Source of the DNA: an uncultured delta proteobacterium
GTDB lineage: Bacteria; Desulfobacterota; Desulfuromonadia; Geobacterales; Pseudopelobacteraceae
Direction: 5' to 3'
NCBI GenBank assembly: GCA_963772835.1
Contig: CAVYYZ010000008.1
Coordinates: forward strand, 32,001-96,000
Length of the DNA stretch: 64,000 nucleotides
The notes beneath the pieces were generated by a model. That model saw only the letters and a list, made by a program, of their open reading frames with translations, did no database searches and was not told the DNA's origin. Positions 46,201-56,065 of the stretch are shown one piece after another. Position 1 is the first letter of the stretch; each line of letters begins with the position of its first letter. The translations under genes were made by a program, and so were the position numbers.

Positions 46201-46554
46201 GTGTCCATCACGTTTAAAAACTTTGTGGTTTTTGTCACTGATCTTGGCAAAGCAAAAACGTTCTATGCCGATCTTCTTGGACTGCCGGTAGCCGGCCAGA
46301 GCGAGATGCTGATTGAATTTTTCCCCGGAGCGGTCACAACGCTGGGAGTTTCACTGGCGCTGAATGATGAAGCCCGCAGCCTGGTGGGAAGACACACCGG
46401 CGTGACCCTTAAGGTTGATAATATTGTCGGGACCTGCGAAACGCTCAAAAACGGCGGCGTATATTTTGTGGAGCCGCTCGAATCCAGTCCGTGGGGCAAG
46501 ATGGCGGTTGTTCAGGACTTTGATGGCAATATGATCGCTCTGGTTGACCGATAG
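46201..46554 (+). CDS. VOC/glyoxalase family protein
   Basis: FVTDL..AK.FY..LLG, PWG....QDFDGN; GAGG RBS before GTG. Confidence 0.85.
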   Translation: MSITFKNFVVFVTDLGKAKTFYADLLGLPVAGQSEMLIEFFPGAVTTLGVSLALNDEARSLVGRHTGVTLKVDNIVGTCETLKNGGVYFVEPLESSPWGKMAVVQDFDGNMIALVDR

Positions 46555-47022
46555 ATGCAACTCATCACCCGTGAACTGCTGGCTCGGGTATCTGACGAGG
46601 CGATGGGGAACCCGAGGCTGCGCAAGAACTACAATTTACATCCGACGGATGAATCCCGCTGTCATCGTTTGCTTAATGCCATAGAGCCCGGTTCATATAT
46701 CAGGCCGCATTGCCATCTTGATCCGGAAAAAGACGAAGCATTTATTCTGATGAACGGACGATTGGGGATAGTTACCTTTGACAATGAAGGCGGGGTTGCC
46801 GGGACGGCACTGCTATCGTTTGCCGATGGTAATCTGGCGGTCGATATCCCTCATGGTGTGTATCATACCGCTGTCAGCCTGGAGTCAGGCACCGTGTTCT
46901 ACGAAACCAAGGCAGGTCCATACCGCCCTCTGAATGAAGAAGAAACGGGTTCTTGGGCCCCTGAAGAGAACAGCCCGCAGGCTCAGGAATTTCTTAAGCA
47001 GCTGCGGAGTTTGTTTGGTTAA
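46555..47022 (+). CDS. WbuC-family cupin metalloprotein
   Basis: RLRKNYNLH, LLNAIEPGSYIRPHCH, ETKAGPY. Confidence 0.85.
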   Translation: MQLITRELLARVSDEAMGNPRLRKNYNLHPTDESRCHRLLNAIEPGSYIRPHCHLDPEKDEAFILMNGRLGIVTFDNEGGVAGTALLSFADGNLAVDIPHGVYHTAVSLESGTVFYETKAGPYRPLNEEETGSWAPEENSPQAQEFLKQLRSLFG

Positions 47023-47023
47023 T

Positions 47024-47629
47024 ATGTACTCCCTCCGCATGTTGGTGCTTCTGATTCTCTTCGTTCCGGGCATGACCGGTTCAGCCGCCATTGCCGCGAC
47101 TCCTCCACGAATGCGGCCATATACTGGGATCGGAGTGGTCGTTTTTCCGAATCCAGATAAAATCCCGGTTCAGAGTCTGCAGATCCGATTGTACGGGGAA
47201 CCGGGGCTTTCCCGGGTTGGAATATTGGAAAGTCACGGTTTAACCGGGAACGAATGGGTATTTGGTCTCCCTGAAGGGTCCGCCCGGTTCATAGTTTCTG
47301 CCCGTAAAGGAGACTGGCTGCGGGTATGTTACGATGACGCCGGCCGGGAGGCCTGGATAAACCCACAGAACAAAGGGCGTTTTCATTCGTGGGAGCAGTT
47401 TTTAAAGCTTCAGACCGGCCGCATGCTCCCCGGCTTGCAGCCGCAGTATTACCAGCTGCAGCAACAGCCTGGCGGGAAAATACTTGGAACGATGACACCA
47501 AAGCAGGTGCTCAAGGTGTTGAAACTTGAGAATTCCTGGAGCATGGTGCTGACCGACCTTGGACAGATAGGCTGGGTACGATGGCGAGATGATGATGGCC
47601 GCCTGACAATCGGTACGGGGAAAAAATAG
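47024..47629 (+). CDS. exported hypothetical protein (possible SH3-like repeats)
   Basis: Signal peptide; GDWLRV...EAWI and SWSMV...IGWV patterns. Confidence 0.6.
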   Translation: MYSLRMLVLLILFVPGMTGSAAIAATPPRMRPYTGIGVVVFPNPDKIPVQSLQIRLYGEPGLSRVGILESHGLTGNEWVFGLPEGSARFIVSARKGDWLRVCYDDAGREAWINPQNKGRFHSWEQFLKLQTGRMLPGLQPQYYQLQQQPGGKILGTMTPKQVLKVLKLENSWSMVLTDLGQIGWVRWRDDDGRLTIGTGKK

Positions 47630-47685
47630 TAACACTCTGAAAACGATCATTGTATCAGAAATTCTAGATCTATTTGAGGTGCGGA

Positions 47686-48990
47686 ATGAGAATTGAACTG
47701 GTGCCGCCCGGGTCCGGCGAATTGACGTATGAAATCAGAAATATCGTCAATGTGGCAGAAAAACTCCAGAAACATGGCGTCAAGATTAACTGGGAAAATA
47801 TAGGCGACCCGATCGTAAAGGGTGAGGTCATTCCGGAATGGATGAAAGAAATCGTCGCCAGGGCCGCAATGGATAACCGAACCTGGGGCTATTGCCATAC
47901 CCGTGGTGTGCTTGAAACCCGTGAATTTATCTGCGAAACAACCAATAGTCGCGGCGGCGCACAGATCACTCCCGATGACATCATTTTCTTCAACGGGTTG
48001 GGGGATGCAATAGCCAAAATCTACGGCAGCCTGCGTCCGGAAGCGCGCGTACTTATGCCGTCGCCCTCCTATACAACCCACACCCTGGGTGAGATCGGCC
48101 ATGCCCATGCGGCCCCCTCACTGTTCTGCCTCAAGCCGGATAATAACTGGTATCCGGATATGGAGGACCTGCGCAATCATGTTCGCTACAACCCGAATAT
48201 CTGTGCAATCATGCTGATCAACCCGGATAACCCGACCGGCATGGTCTACACCAGAGAGATGCTTTTGGAAATAGTTGCGGTGGCCCGTGAAAACGACCTC
48301 TTCATAATAGCCGACGAGGTGTACATCAACATCGTGTATAACGGCGAAAGCACAGTACCGATCAGCGACGTTATCGGGGATGTCCCCGCCATTTCCTTGA
48401 AAGGTATCTCCAAGGAGTTCCCGTGGCCAGGTTCCCGCTGCGGATGGATTGAGGTGTATAACGGGGAGAAAGACGAGCGCTTCCGGAAATATATCAATAT
48501 GATACTCACCGGCAAGATGAATGAAGTCTGCTCAACGACTCTGCCGCAAATGGTCATCCCGGAAATCGTCCGTCACCCCGCATATTCTGCGTATCTTGCC
48601 CAGCGAATCGCCAGCTACGAACGGATGAGCAACATAACCTATGACTGCCTCAGCCAGGTTCCCGCACTGCAGGTGAATCGTACGAACGGGGCTTTTTACA
48701 TGGCCGTGGCATTTAAGGATGGTCTGCTGAACAACCGTCAGTCGCTTCCGATAGAAAACCTGGAGGTCAGGGAGCTGGTCGGGGGGTTGATAAACCAGCC
48801 GGGGGTTTCTCCCGATAAACGCTTCGTGTACCAGATCCTGGCGACTACCGGCATCTGTATTGTGCCACTTTCTTCATTTTCCACCCCTCTGCAGGGGTTC
48901 CGTGTCACGCTTCTGGAGAAGGACGAAAATGAATGCCGCCGGATATACAGTACGCTGGCGGAGAAAATAGGGGAGTATCTGCATTCCTGA
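47686..48990 (+). CDS. class I/II PLP-dependent aminotransferase (alanine aminotransferase-like)
   Basis: NIGDP, INPDNPTG, ADEVY, GISK..PG.R.GW. Confidence 0.9.
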   Translation: MRIELVPPGSGELTYEIRNIVNVAEKLQKHGVKINWENIGDPIVKGEVIPEWMKEIVARAAMDNRTWGYCHTRGVLETREFICETTNSRGGAQITPDDIIFFNGLGDAIAKIYGSLRPEARVLMPSPSYTTHTLGEIGHAHAAPSLFCLKPDNNWYPDMEDLRNHVRYNPNICAIMLINPDNPTGMVYTREMLLEIVAVARENDLFIIADEVYINIVYNGESTVPISDVIGDVPAISLKGISKEFPWPGSRCGWIEVYNGEKDERFRKYINMILTGKMNEVCSTTLPQMVIPEIVRHPAYSAYLAQRIASYERMSNITYDCLSQVPALQVNRTNGAFYMAVAFKDGLLNNRQSLPIENLEVRELVGGLINQPGVSPDKRFVYQILATTGICIVPLSSFSTPLQGFRVTLLEKDENECRRIYSTLAEKIGEYLHS

Positions 48991-49020
48991 TGCCGCTCTT
49001 CAGAATGCGGGTTTCATAAT

Positions 49021-49062
49021 ATAAAGAAGGGGGAAAGGCGCCTGCCATTCCCCCTTCTTTAT
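49021..49062. terminator. bidirectional terminator
   Basis: ATAAAGAAGGGGGAA...TTCCCCCTTCTTTAT between convergent genes. Confidence 0.75.
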
Positions 49063-49090
49063 GTAATTGTGTCGCGGAACAACTGCCTGG

Positions 49091-49279
49091 TCATGCTTTC
49101 TTGTCACCGTCATCGCTCTTCGGTTTGATCTCAATCTCGTCTTTGCCATCCGCCGCTTTCTTGAAGTTACGGATACTTTTGCCAAGCGCCCCGCCGATTT
49201 CCGGAAGTTTCCCCGCCCCGAAAACGACTAGAACTATGACCAGTATGATTATCATTTCCGGCATGCCAAAACCAAACAT
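49091..49279 (-). CDS. tatA: twin-arginine translocase TatA
   Basis: [31 protein letters not shown]. Confidence 0.95.
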   Translation of the reverse strand: MFGFGMPEMIIILVIVLVVFGAGKLPEIGGALGKSIRNFKKAADGKDEIEIKPKSDDGDKKA

Positions 49280-49518
49280 TGTGCCCCCTCTGCAGCGAGT
49301 GTGTATTGTTGCGGTACTATCTCATTGACTAAAAAATAAATCAAGTGTGGTGACGCATACTTCAAGTTGTCAGTGTTGAAGCGGGGGGTAGGGCGATGAC
49401 CTATGGGGCCAGTAAAAATAGATATTTACGCACATAAACAGTCTTTTCATGCCTCATTGACTCTGCTCATTACGCATGATACAAGTATGCACATATCGTA
49501 TGTAGTACCGGGGGGCGT

Positions 49519-50553
49519 ATGTCAAACAGCCAATACAGGGGCGCGGCAGCGGTTCGGTCTGTTTTGATCGCTTTTTCCCTGTTCTGTTCATGCGGAACAG
49601 CTTCCGCTGCAGACATGGAGATAACGCCCTTCAGTACCTTTAATCAAAGCCCACTGGTTCAGATCTACGGACTTCCGCACGAAACCAGCGCTGCTATCGT
49701 CCCGCCCGGGTCGTTTCATGTTGCCCTGACCCAGGACCTCTCCAGCAACTATACTGTCAACCGCAATGGCCAGGAAAAGATAACACTTGATGGTGAAACC
49801 TACAGAACGACCTTTTCGGCCCGGTACGGAATCGCTTCACGCTGGGAGGCGGGGATCGAAATTCCGTACCTTGTGCAGGGCGGCGGTTTTCTCGACAGTT
49901 TTGTCATCGACTGGCACAATACGTTCGGTCTGCCGCAAGGTAACCGGGACACCGCCACCAAAAACAGTATTAATTACAGCTACTTCAAGGATGGCGTTCA
50001 GAGGCTGCTGGTCAACCGCTCCGGGTCAGGAATTGGTGACATCACTCTGACCGGAGGATTCAGCCTGTATGATGTACGCGATACAGGGAGTCATAACAGG
50101 CTGGCCCTTAAAGGGGCGGTCAAGCTTCCTACCGGTGACAGTTCAAACCTGTTCGGCAGCGGCAGCACCGACTATATGCTCCAGCTCTGCGGCAGTATGA
50201 TCAATTATAGCGAATGGGGGTCTCTCGGTGTGTACGGATCCGCCGGTGGTCTTGCCATGTCCGGGAGTGATGTTCTGCGCGATCAGCATAACCCGCTTGC
50301 GGCTGTTGGTACGCTCGGTTTCGGGTGGGGACCTGCATCATGGATATCTTTCAAGGTACAGCTCAATGGCAATACTCCTTTGTATCGCGACAGTTCGCTG
50401 GGTGAACTTTCAAAAAGCCCGCTGCTGCTGATTCTCGGGGGGGCGCTCACGTTGCCGGGAGAGTATCTGCTCGATATAGGAGTTTCAGAGGATGTGGCGG
50501 TAACCACGGCACCGGATGTGAGTTTCCATCTGGGGCTGAGTAAGCGGTACTAA
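49519..50553 (+). CDS. DUF3187-like outer-membrane protein
   Basis: Signal peptide, NQSP..IYGLP, LDGE, GGFLD..WH..FGLP. Confidence 0.7.
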   Translation: MSNSQYRGAAAVRSVLIAFSLFCSCGTASAADMEITPFSTFNQSPLVQIYGLPHETSAAIVPPGSFHVALTQDLSSNYTVNRNGQEKITLDGETYRTTFSARYGIASRWEAGIEIPYLVQGGGFLDSFVIDWHNTFGLPQGNRDTATKNSINYSYFKDGVQRLLVNRSGSGIGDITLTGGFSLYDVRDTGSHNRLALKGAVKLPTGDSSNLFGSGSTDYMLQLCGSMINYSEWGSLGVYGSAGGLAMSGSDVLRDQHNPLAAVGTLGFGWGPASWISFKVQLNGNTPLYRDSSLGELSKSPLLLILGGALTLPGEYLLDIGVSEDVAVTTAPDVSFHLGLSKRY

Positions 50554-50577
50554 AAAAGCCCCATTTCAGGGGCTTTT
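50552..50577. terminator. bidirectional terminator
   Basis: AAAAAAGCCCC-ATTTCA-GGGGCTTTT between convergent genes. Confidence 0.75.
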
Positions 50578-50598
50578 GTGCGATCATATCATACGTGC

Positions 50599-51126
50599 TC
50601 AGTATTTCTGATCGGCGTAATCGACCCAGCCTCCGGCCAGAACCAGTGCCTTGTCAAAAGGTGAAATCTCAAAAGAAAAGGATTTCTGTTTGCCTCCGCC
50701 GTTCATGGTCAGAGTTCCGGCTTCGATATCGACACTCATGGTGGCATCTTCGTCATCCGCATGGGAAAATATCTGGTCGAGATCGGACGTGGGGAGTTCG
50801 ATGGCTGCCATGCCGCAGTTGAACATGTTCTGGCGGAAAATGCGGGCAAAAGATTCGGCAATTACGGCGGTGATGCCGTTAACCTCAAATACCCAGGGTG
50901 CGTGTTCGCGGGATGAACCGCACCCGAAGTTGGCGCGGGAGATGATCACCCGGGCATTCCTGGTTTTAGGTCCATCCGGATCAAAACCGGGAAGTTTCAG
51001 GTCTTCCAGGATGTAGGGTTTTAAATCTTCCTTCGTGATTTCGGTCAGATACTTTGCCGGGATGATCTCGTCGGTGTTGATGTCGCTGCGGTCAAGAAAG
51101 AGGACAGGTCCTCCGAATGTTTTCAT
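50599..51126 (-). CDS. leuD: 3-isopropylmalate dehydratase small subunit
   Basis: DINTDEIIP, NFGCGSSREHA, SFARIF. Confidence 0.92.
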   Translation of the reverse strand: MKTFGGPVLFLDRSDINTDEIIPAKYLTEITKEDLKPYILEDLKLPGFDPDGPKTRNARVIISRANFGCGSSREHAPWVFEVNGITAVIAESFARIFRQNMFNCGMAAIELPTSDLDQIFSHADDEDATMSVDIEAGTLTMNGGGKQKSFSFEISPFDKALVLAGGWVDYADQKY

Positions 51127-51163
51127 ATTATGACTCCTTGAACATAATAATTTGAGTATCATT

Positions 51164-51267
51164 CACCACGAAGGCACGAAGGACACGAAGAATGGAAAAA
51201 ACAAATAACTACAGGATTATGTAATGACTTCCCGTCTGTTTTTCGTGTACTTCGTGCCTTCGTGGTG
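51164..51267. repeat. gene-less inverted-repeat element with triple CACGAA arms between leuC and leuD
   Basis: CACCACGAAGGCACGAAGGACACGAA vs reverse complement of right arm CACCACGAAGGCACGAAGTACACGAA (25/26), AT-rich spacer. Confidence 0.8.
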
Positions 51268-51276
51268 TGACTGATT

Positions 51277-52560
51277 TTATAAGTACTTCCTCGGGTCGGC
51301 GATCTTCCCTTCAATTGCGCTGGCCGCTGCAGTTGCCGGTGACATCAGATGTACCATGCCCCCTTTGCCCATCCGCCCCATGAAGTTGCGGTTGGTTGTC
51401 GATGCGCACACTTCCCCGTCTGCCAGAACGCCGTTGCTCATACCCAGACAGGCGCCGCAGGTCGGGTTGGTGACGCAGAACCCGGCATCCATGAAGATGT
51501 CGATCAAACCTTCTTTTGTGGCGTCCTTAAAAATTGCCGGCGTGGCCGGCGAGAGGATTCCGCGCACATTCGGAGCAAGTGTGCGGCCCTTCAAAATCTG
51601 CGCCGCGATGCGCAGGTCTTCAAGCCTGCCGTTGGTGCAAGAGCCGATGTAGATCTGATCAAGCGGAGTGCCGGCCAGTTCTGATACGGTTTTAACCTGA
51701 TCCGGTTTGTAGCCGAAGGTAATTGTCGGCTGCAGAGTTGCGACATCAATCTCGATCGTCTGGTCGTATTCGGCATCAGCGTCGGACCGCCATTGCGAGT
51801 AATCAGTCAGAGCTGCTTCCCTGCTGGCAAAATCTCCCTGAATAAATGGCCATAGGTACTCTACGGTCGTCATGTCAGGCTGGCAGATACCCGATGTACC
51901 TCCCGCTTCGATAGCCATGTTGCAGAGTGTCATGCGCGATTCCATGGTCATGTCGTCGATCGTCGAGCCGTGAAATTCCATGACCCGGTCGGTGGCGCCG
52001 TTGACGCCGATCTTCCCTATGATGTGCAGGATAACGTCTTTTGCATAGACACCCTTGGGGAGTGAACCGCTGACGTTGAACTTAATCGTTTTGGGCTGGC
52101 GGAAGGCACAGACCCCCTTCAAAATACCGACCTCCAGGTCGGTCGTACCGATGCCGGCCGCAAATGCACCGAAAGCTCCATGAGTGCAGGTGTGGGAATC
52201 ACCCATGATGACCGTATAGCCGGGGCGGATGAAGCCGCGTTCCGGGAAAAGGGCGTGACAGACGCCGTTAGCACCGATATCAAAGAAATCCCTGATTTCA
52301 TGACGGCGCGCCCAGTCACGCAGAATCTTGGCCTGGGTGGCGGTTTTTGTATCCTTGCTCGGTGTTACATGGTCAATGACCGCCTTGATCTTCGTCGGAT
52401 CAAAGACACGATCCTTGCCGCGCCGGATCAGGTCGTCTATGGCAATCGGCGTGGTGATCTCGTGGCAGAGTACCACATCCAGGCGCAGCACTTTGGTGCC
52501 GGGAAATGGTTCGTTTACCAGATGAGCATCAAATATTTTTTCTGAAGTTGTTTTACCCAT
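51277..52560 (-). CDS. leuC: 3-isopropylmalate dehydratase large subunit
   Basis: DSHTCTHGA, IGSCTNGR, CGACLG, STTNRNF. Confidence 0.93.
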   Translation of the reverse strand: MGKTTSEKIFDAHLVNEPFPGTKVLRLDVVLCHEITTPIAIDDLIRRGKDRVFDPTKIKAVIDHVTPSKDTKTATQAKILRDWARRHEIRDFFDIGANGVCHALFPERGFIRPGYTVIMGDSHTCTHGAFGAFAAGIGTTDLEVGILKGVCAFRQPKTIKFNVSGSLPKGVYAKDVILHIIGKIGVNGATDRVMEFHGSTIDDMTMESRMTLCNMAIEAGGTSGICQPDMTTVEYLWPFIQGDFASREAALTDYSQWRSDADAEYDQTIEIDVATLQPTITFGYKPDQVKTVSELAGTPLDQIYIGSCTNGRLEDLRIAAQILKGRTLAPNVRGILSPATPAIFKDATKEGLIDIFMDAGFCVTNPTCGACLGMSNGVLADGEVCASTTNRNFMGRMGKGGMVHLMSPATAAASAIEGKIADPRKYL

Positions 52561-52741
52561 TTTTTCGACCTCGCGTGATTCAAAGTATTCGTGAACTTGT
52601 ATCATAGCTGTCAGGAAAAAGTAAACCGGTGAACTTTTTTTTGATGAAGTAAAATAGAAGCCGGCAGAGGTTTTTTCATGAAAAACTACCTCAGACATGG
52701 TATAAATACACGAACAAATTCGAATCAGCAGGGATGCTTTC

Positions 52742-53491
52742 ATGGATCAGGAATATTTCAAATTAATGCTCAACTCGGTCCGGCAGGGGGAACTTTCCGT
52801 AGATGCTGCTCTACAGCAGCTGCGACAGTTGCCGTTTCAGGATATCGGTTGCGCCCATATAGATCATCACCGCCAACTACGGCAAGGGATGCCGGAGATG
52901 ATATTCGGTGAAGGAAAAACGGCGGAACAGATTGCGGCCATCACCGCTGCCATGTCTGACAGGGGGAGCAATGTCCTTGTGACACGTCTGGAAGAGGAGA
53001 AAGCGCGGTTCGTCATGGGCGCATTTCCTGCCGCGTTTTATCATGCCGAGGCGCGCTGCCTGACGCTTGAACATCAGTCTCCGGAACAGAGGGGCAAGGG
53101 GACGGTTCTGGTGGTCTCAGCCGGTACGTCAGATATCCCGGTTGCCGCCGAGGCGCTGGTGACCGCACGTTTTCTGGGTAACCGGGTTGAACAGATCTAT
53201 GATGTCGGTGTGGCGGGTATTCACCGGTTGCTGGCCCGGCGGGAGCAGCTTGATGCGGCCACGGTAATCATCGTTGTGGCCGGAATGGAAGGGGCCCTCC
53301 CTTCAGTCGTCGGAGGACTGGTGGATAAGCCGGTGATTGCCGTGCCGACATCGGTCGGGTACGGCGCCTCTTTCGGCGGCATTGCGGCGCTTCTTGGAAT
53401 GCTTAACTCCTGCGCTGCCGGTGTAACTGTCGTTAACATTGACAATGGCTTCGGCGCTGCCTGTGCGGCGAGCCTGATTAACCGGGTGTGA
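52742..53491 (+). CDS. larB: nickel-pincer cofactor biosynthesis protein LarB
   Basis: DHHR..R.G.PE, AGTSD.PV, DVGVAGIHRL, PTSVGYG, VNIDNGFGA. Confidence 0.93.
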   Translation: MDQEYFKLMLNSVRQGELSVDAALQQLRQLPFQDIGCAHIDHHRQLRQGMPEMIFGEGKTAEQIAAITAAMSDRGSNVLVTRLEEEKARFVMGAFPAAFYHAEARCLTLEHQSPEQRGKGTVLVVSAGTSDIPVAAEALVTARFLGNRVEQIYDVGVAGIHRLLARREQLDAATVIIVVAGMEGALPSVVGGLVDKPVIAVPTSVGYGASFGGIAALLGMLNSCAAGVTVVNIDNGFGAACAASLINRV

Positions 53492-53492
53492 T

Positions 53493-54674
53493 ATGAAAAT
53501 CCTCTATTTTGATTGTCTGGCAGGCATTTCCGGAGACATGACTGTAGCGGCACTGCTCGATCTGGGAGTGCCGATGGAATATCTCCGCGCGGAACTGGAC
53601 AAGTTAAAGCTTCCGCCGGGTTCCTGCGAACTCTCGGTCAGTCGGACCGAACGACAGCATATGGCCGCTCTGAAGTTTGATGTGGCTGTGCATGATCACC
53701 ACACCCACCGGCACTACGCCGGTATCGATGCCTTGATTTCCTCAAGCGGTTTATCCGGCCGGGTCAAGGAAAGATCCCGCCTGATTTTTCGTCGTCTGGC
53801 AGAGGCCGAGGCGAAAGTGCACGGAGTGGAAATTGAGCAGGTTCACTTCCACGAAGTCGGTGCCATAGATTCCATTATCGATATCGTTGCTACTGCGGTC
53901 TGCCTTGAGTATCTGCACGTCGAACAGATTTATGCTTCGGCGCTCCCTATGGGGAGCGGTTTTGTGGAAACTGCACACGGGAGGTTGTCTGTCCCGGCCC
54001 CTGCTACGGCGGAGCTTATGAAAGGTGTGCCACTGCATGGTGAGTGCGGTCCGGGAGAGCGGGTAACGCCGACAGGAGCCGCAATTCTGGCGGCACTGGC
54101 GAACGGATTTGGTCTGCAGCCGACAATGGTGCTGGAGAAAACAGGGAGTGGTGCCGGAGGAAAAGATTTCCCGGATTGTCCCAATATACTGCGCGCCTTT
54201 TTGGGGAGGAGTGCCGAAAAAACCGTATCAGATGATGAAGTAATCGTGGTCGATGCCAATATTGACGATTCAACACCGGAAATTCTCGGATATGCCATGG
54301 AGCGTATTCTTGAAGAAGGTGCGCTGGATGTTTATTTTACTCCTATCCAGATGAAAAAGAGTCGTCCCGGAGTGATGCTGTCGTTTCTCTGTCGACCGGC
54401 ACAGCTTGACCGGTTGGCCGGGCTGCTGATGAGCGAGACGTCGGCTATCGGCCTGCGCCATTACCGTGCTGACAGAATTATTATGCTGCGGCAGATTGTC
54501 GAGCGGCAGACCGGGTTCGGAGTTGTCCGGTTTAAACAGGCTATCGGCACCAGTGGTGAACTGTTGCGGGAATCCCCTGAATATGATGATTGCCGCCGTA
54601 TTGCCCGGGAAACGGGAATGCCGTGCCGGGAGATCATGGAACGGTTGTGCGGTAAAGGAGCGCCACAGACATGA
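53493..54674 (+). CDS. larC: nickel-pincer cofactor biosynthesis protein LarC
   Basis: [10 protein letters not shown], His-rich [31 protein letters not shown]. Confidence 0.93.
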   Translation: MKILYFDCLAGISGDMTVAALLDLGVPMEYLRAELDKLKLPPGSCELSVSRTERQHMAALKFDVAVHDHHTHRHYAGIDALISSSGLSGRVKERSRLIFRRLAEAEAKVHGVEIEQVHFHEVGAIDSIIDIVATAVCLEYLHVEQIYASALPMGSGFVETAHGRLSVPAPATAELMKGVPLHGECGPGERVTPTGAAILAALANGFGLQPTMVLEKTGSGAGGKDFPDCPNILRAFLGRSAEKTVSDDEVIVVDANIDDSTPEILGYAMERILEEGALDVYFTPIQMKKSRPGVMLSFLCRPAQLDRLAGLLMSETSAIGLRHYRADRIIMLRQIVERQTGFGVVRFKQAIGTSGELLRESPEYDDCRRIARETGMPCREIMERLCGKGAPQT

Positions 54675-55918
54675 GAATATCTACGTTGAGTATCGGTGAT
54701 GAACTGATCTGCGGACAGTTGACCGATACAAATGCCGGCACAATAGCCGCCCTGCTGCTTGCAGAAGGATTGCGGGTTCAGCGTCATCTCACGGTCGGTG
54801 ACAACGAACCGGATATTATCGGAGCGCTGAACGACCTCGGCCGGATCAGTGATACGATCATCGTAACCGGAGGTCTTGGACCCACTGCCGACGACCTGAC
54901 TTCGCGGGCTGCAGCGCGGGCCACCGGCCGGCGACTGGTTATTCATGAAGAGGCGCGTGCTCATGTCCGCCTGATGTCGAGTAAACTGGAATCGCTGATC
55001 ATCTGTCCGTTGAGTGACAAACAGGCCATGATTCCTACCAAGTCATCATTGATCACAAACCCCAACGGCACCGCCTGCGGTTTTCATCTGATGCATAACG
55101 GCGCGTTCATGTTTTTCATGCCGGGTGTCCCGGCAGAGATGATTGTCATGCTGCGTGACTCGGTTATTCCGTTCATCCTTGAACGGGTACCTCACAAACG
55201 GGTTATCCGCACGGTCTCCCTGAATCTGTTCGGACCTTGTGAGGCGGAGGTTGATGAAATGCTTCTGGGAATTGCCCGGCCCGAACAGGGGCTCACACTC
55301 GGCATATGTGTTTCTTTCCCCTCAATGAAAGTTACCCTGCGGGCTGAAACGGACAGTGATGATGCGGCTACCGACCTCCTTGTGCCGTCGGTTCGCGTCG
55401 TGCGGGAACGATTGGGCGATTTTTGTTTCTCATCCGGAGATATCAGCATGGATGCCACCGTGGCGGAGCTGCTTCATGATGGTGGTCTGACGCTTTCTCT
55501 GGCTGAGTCGTGCAGCGGCGGTTTGCTGGCAAAGCGGATCACCGATATTCCCGGCAGCTCCCGCTATTTTAATGAAGGTGTGGTGACCTATTCGAACGAT
55601 GCAAAAATGCGCCTGTTGGGTGTCCCTGCGGAATTACTGAACAGATGCGGAGCCGTCAGTTCCGAGTGTGCTTCTTCGATGGCCAAGGGGGTCAGGTCGG
55701 CATCCGGGAGCGATCTGGGGCTGGCGGTCACCGGGATTGCCGGGCCGGAAGGGGGGTGCGAAGACAAGCCGGTCGGCACGGTATTTATTTCACTTGCGGC
55801 GCCTGACGGCTGCTGGACCAAGCGCTTCCAGTTCAACGGCAGTCGGGACGGGATCCGCACCCTGACCGTATGGACGGCTCTGGACTGGCTGCGGCGGTAT
55901 CTGCTCAAAAGGGAGTAG
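54671..55918 (+). CDS. cinA: CinA (MoCF-like domain + NMN deamidase PncC domain)
   Basis: IGDEL, GGLGPT.DD, PGVP.EM, AESCSGG, TGIAGP. Confidence 0.93.
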   Translation: MRISTLSIGDELICGQLTDTNAGTIAALLLAEGLRVQRHLTVGDNEPDIIGALNDLGRISDTIIVTGGLGPTADDLTSRAAARATGRRLVIHEEARAHVRLMSSKLESLIICPLSDKQAMIPTKSSLITNPNGTACGFHLMHNGAFMFFMPGVPAEMIVMLRDSVIPFILERVPHKRVIRTVSLNLFGPCEAEVDEMLLGIARPEQGLTLGICVSFPSMKVTLRAETDSDDAATDLLVPSVRVVRERLGDFCFSSGDISMDATVAELLHDGGLTLSLAESCSGGLLAKRITDIPGSSRYFNEGVVTYSNDAKMRLLGVPAELLNRCGAVSSECASSMAKGVRSASGSDLGLAVTGIAGPEGGCEDKPVGTVFISLAAPDGCWTKRFQFNGSRDGIRTLTVWTALDWLRRYLLKRE

Positions 55919-56065
55919 ACGTTTTCAGTCGGGGGTTCCTGCCAATCGTGGTGTCCCGTGGGAGGTGCTTACAAGTACTCTTTTGGATGGATATTCAGAG
56001 TTCTCACCGTTTGATTGTCCGGCCTTGACAAATGGGTAGATCTGACCCACGATGGTTCCCCGGAG

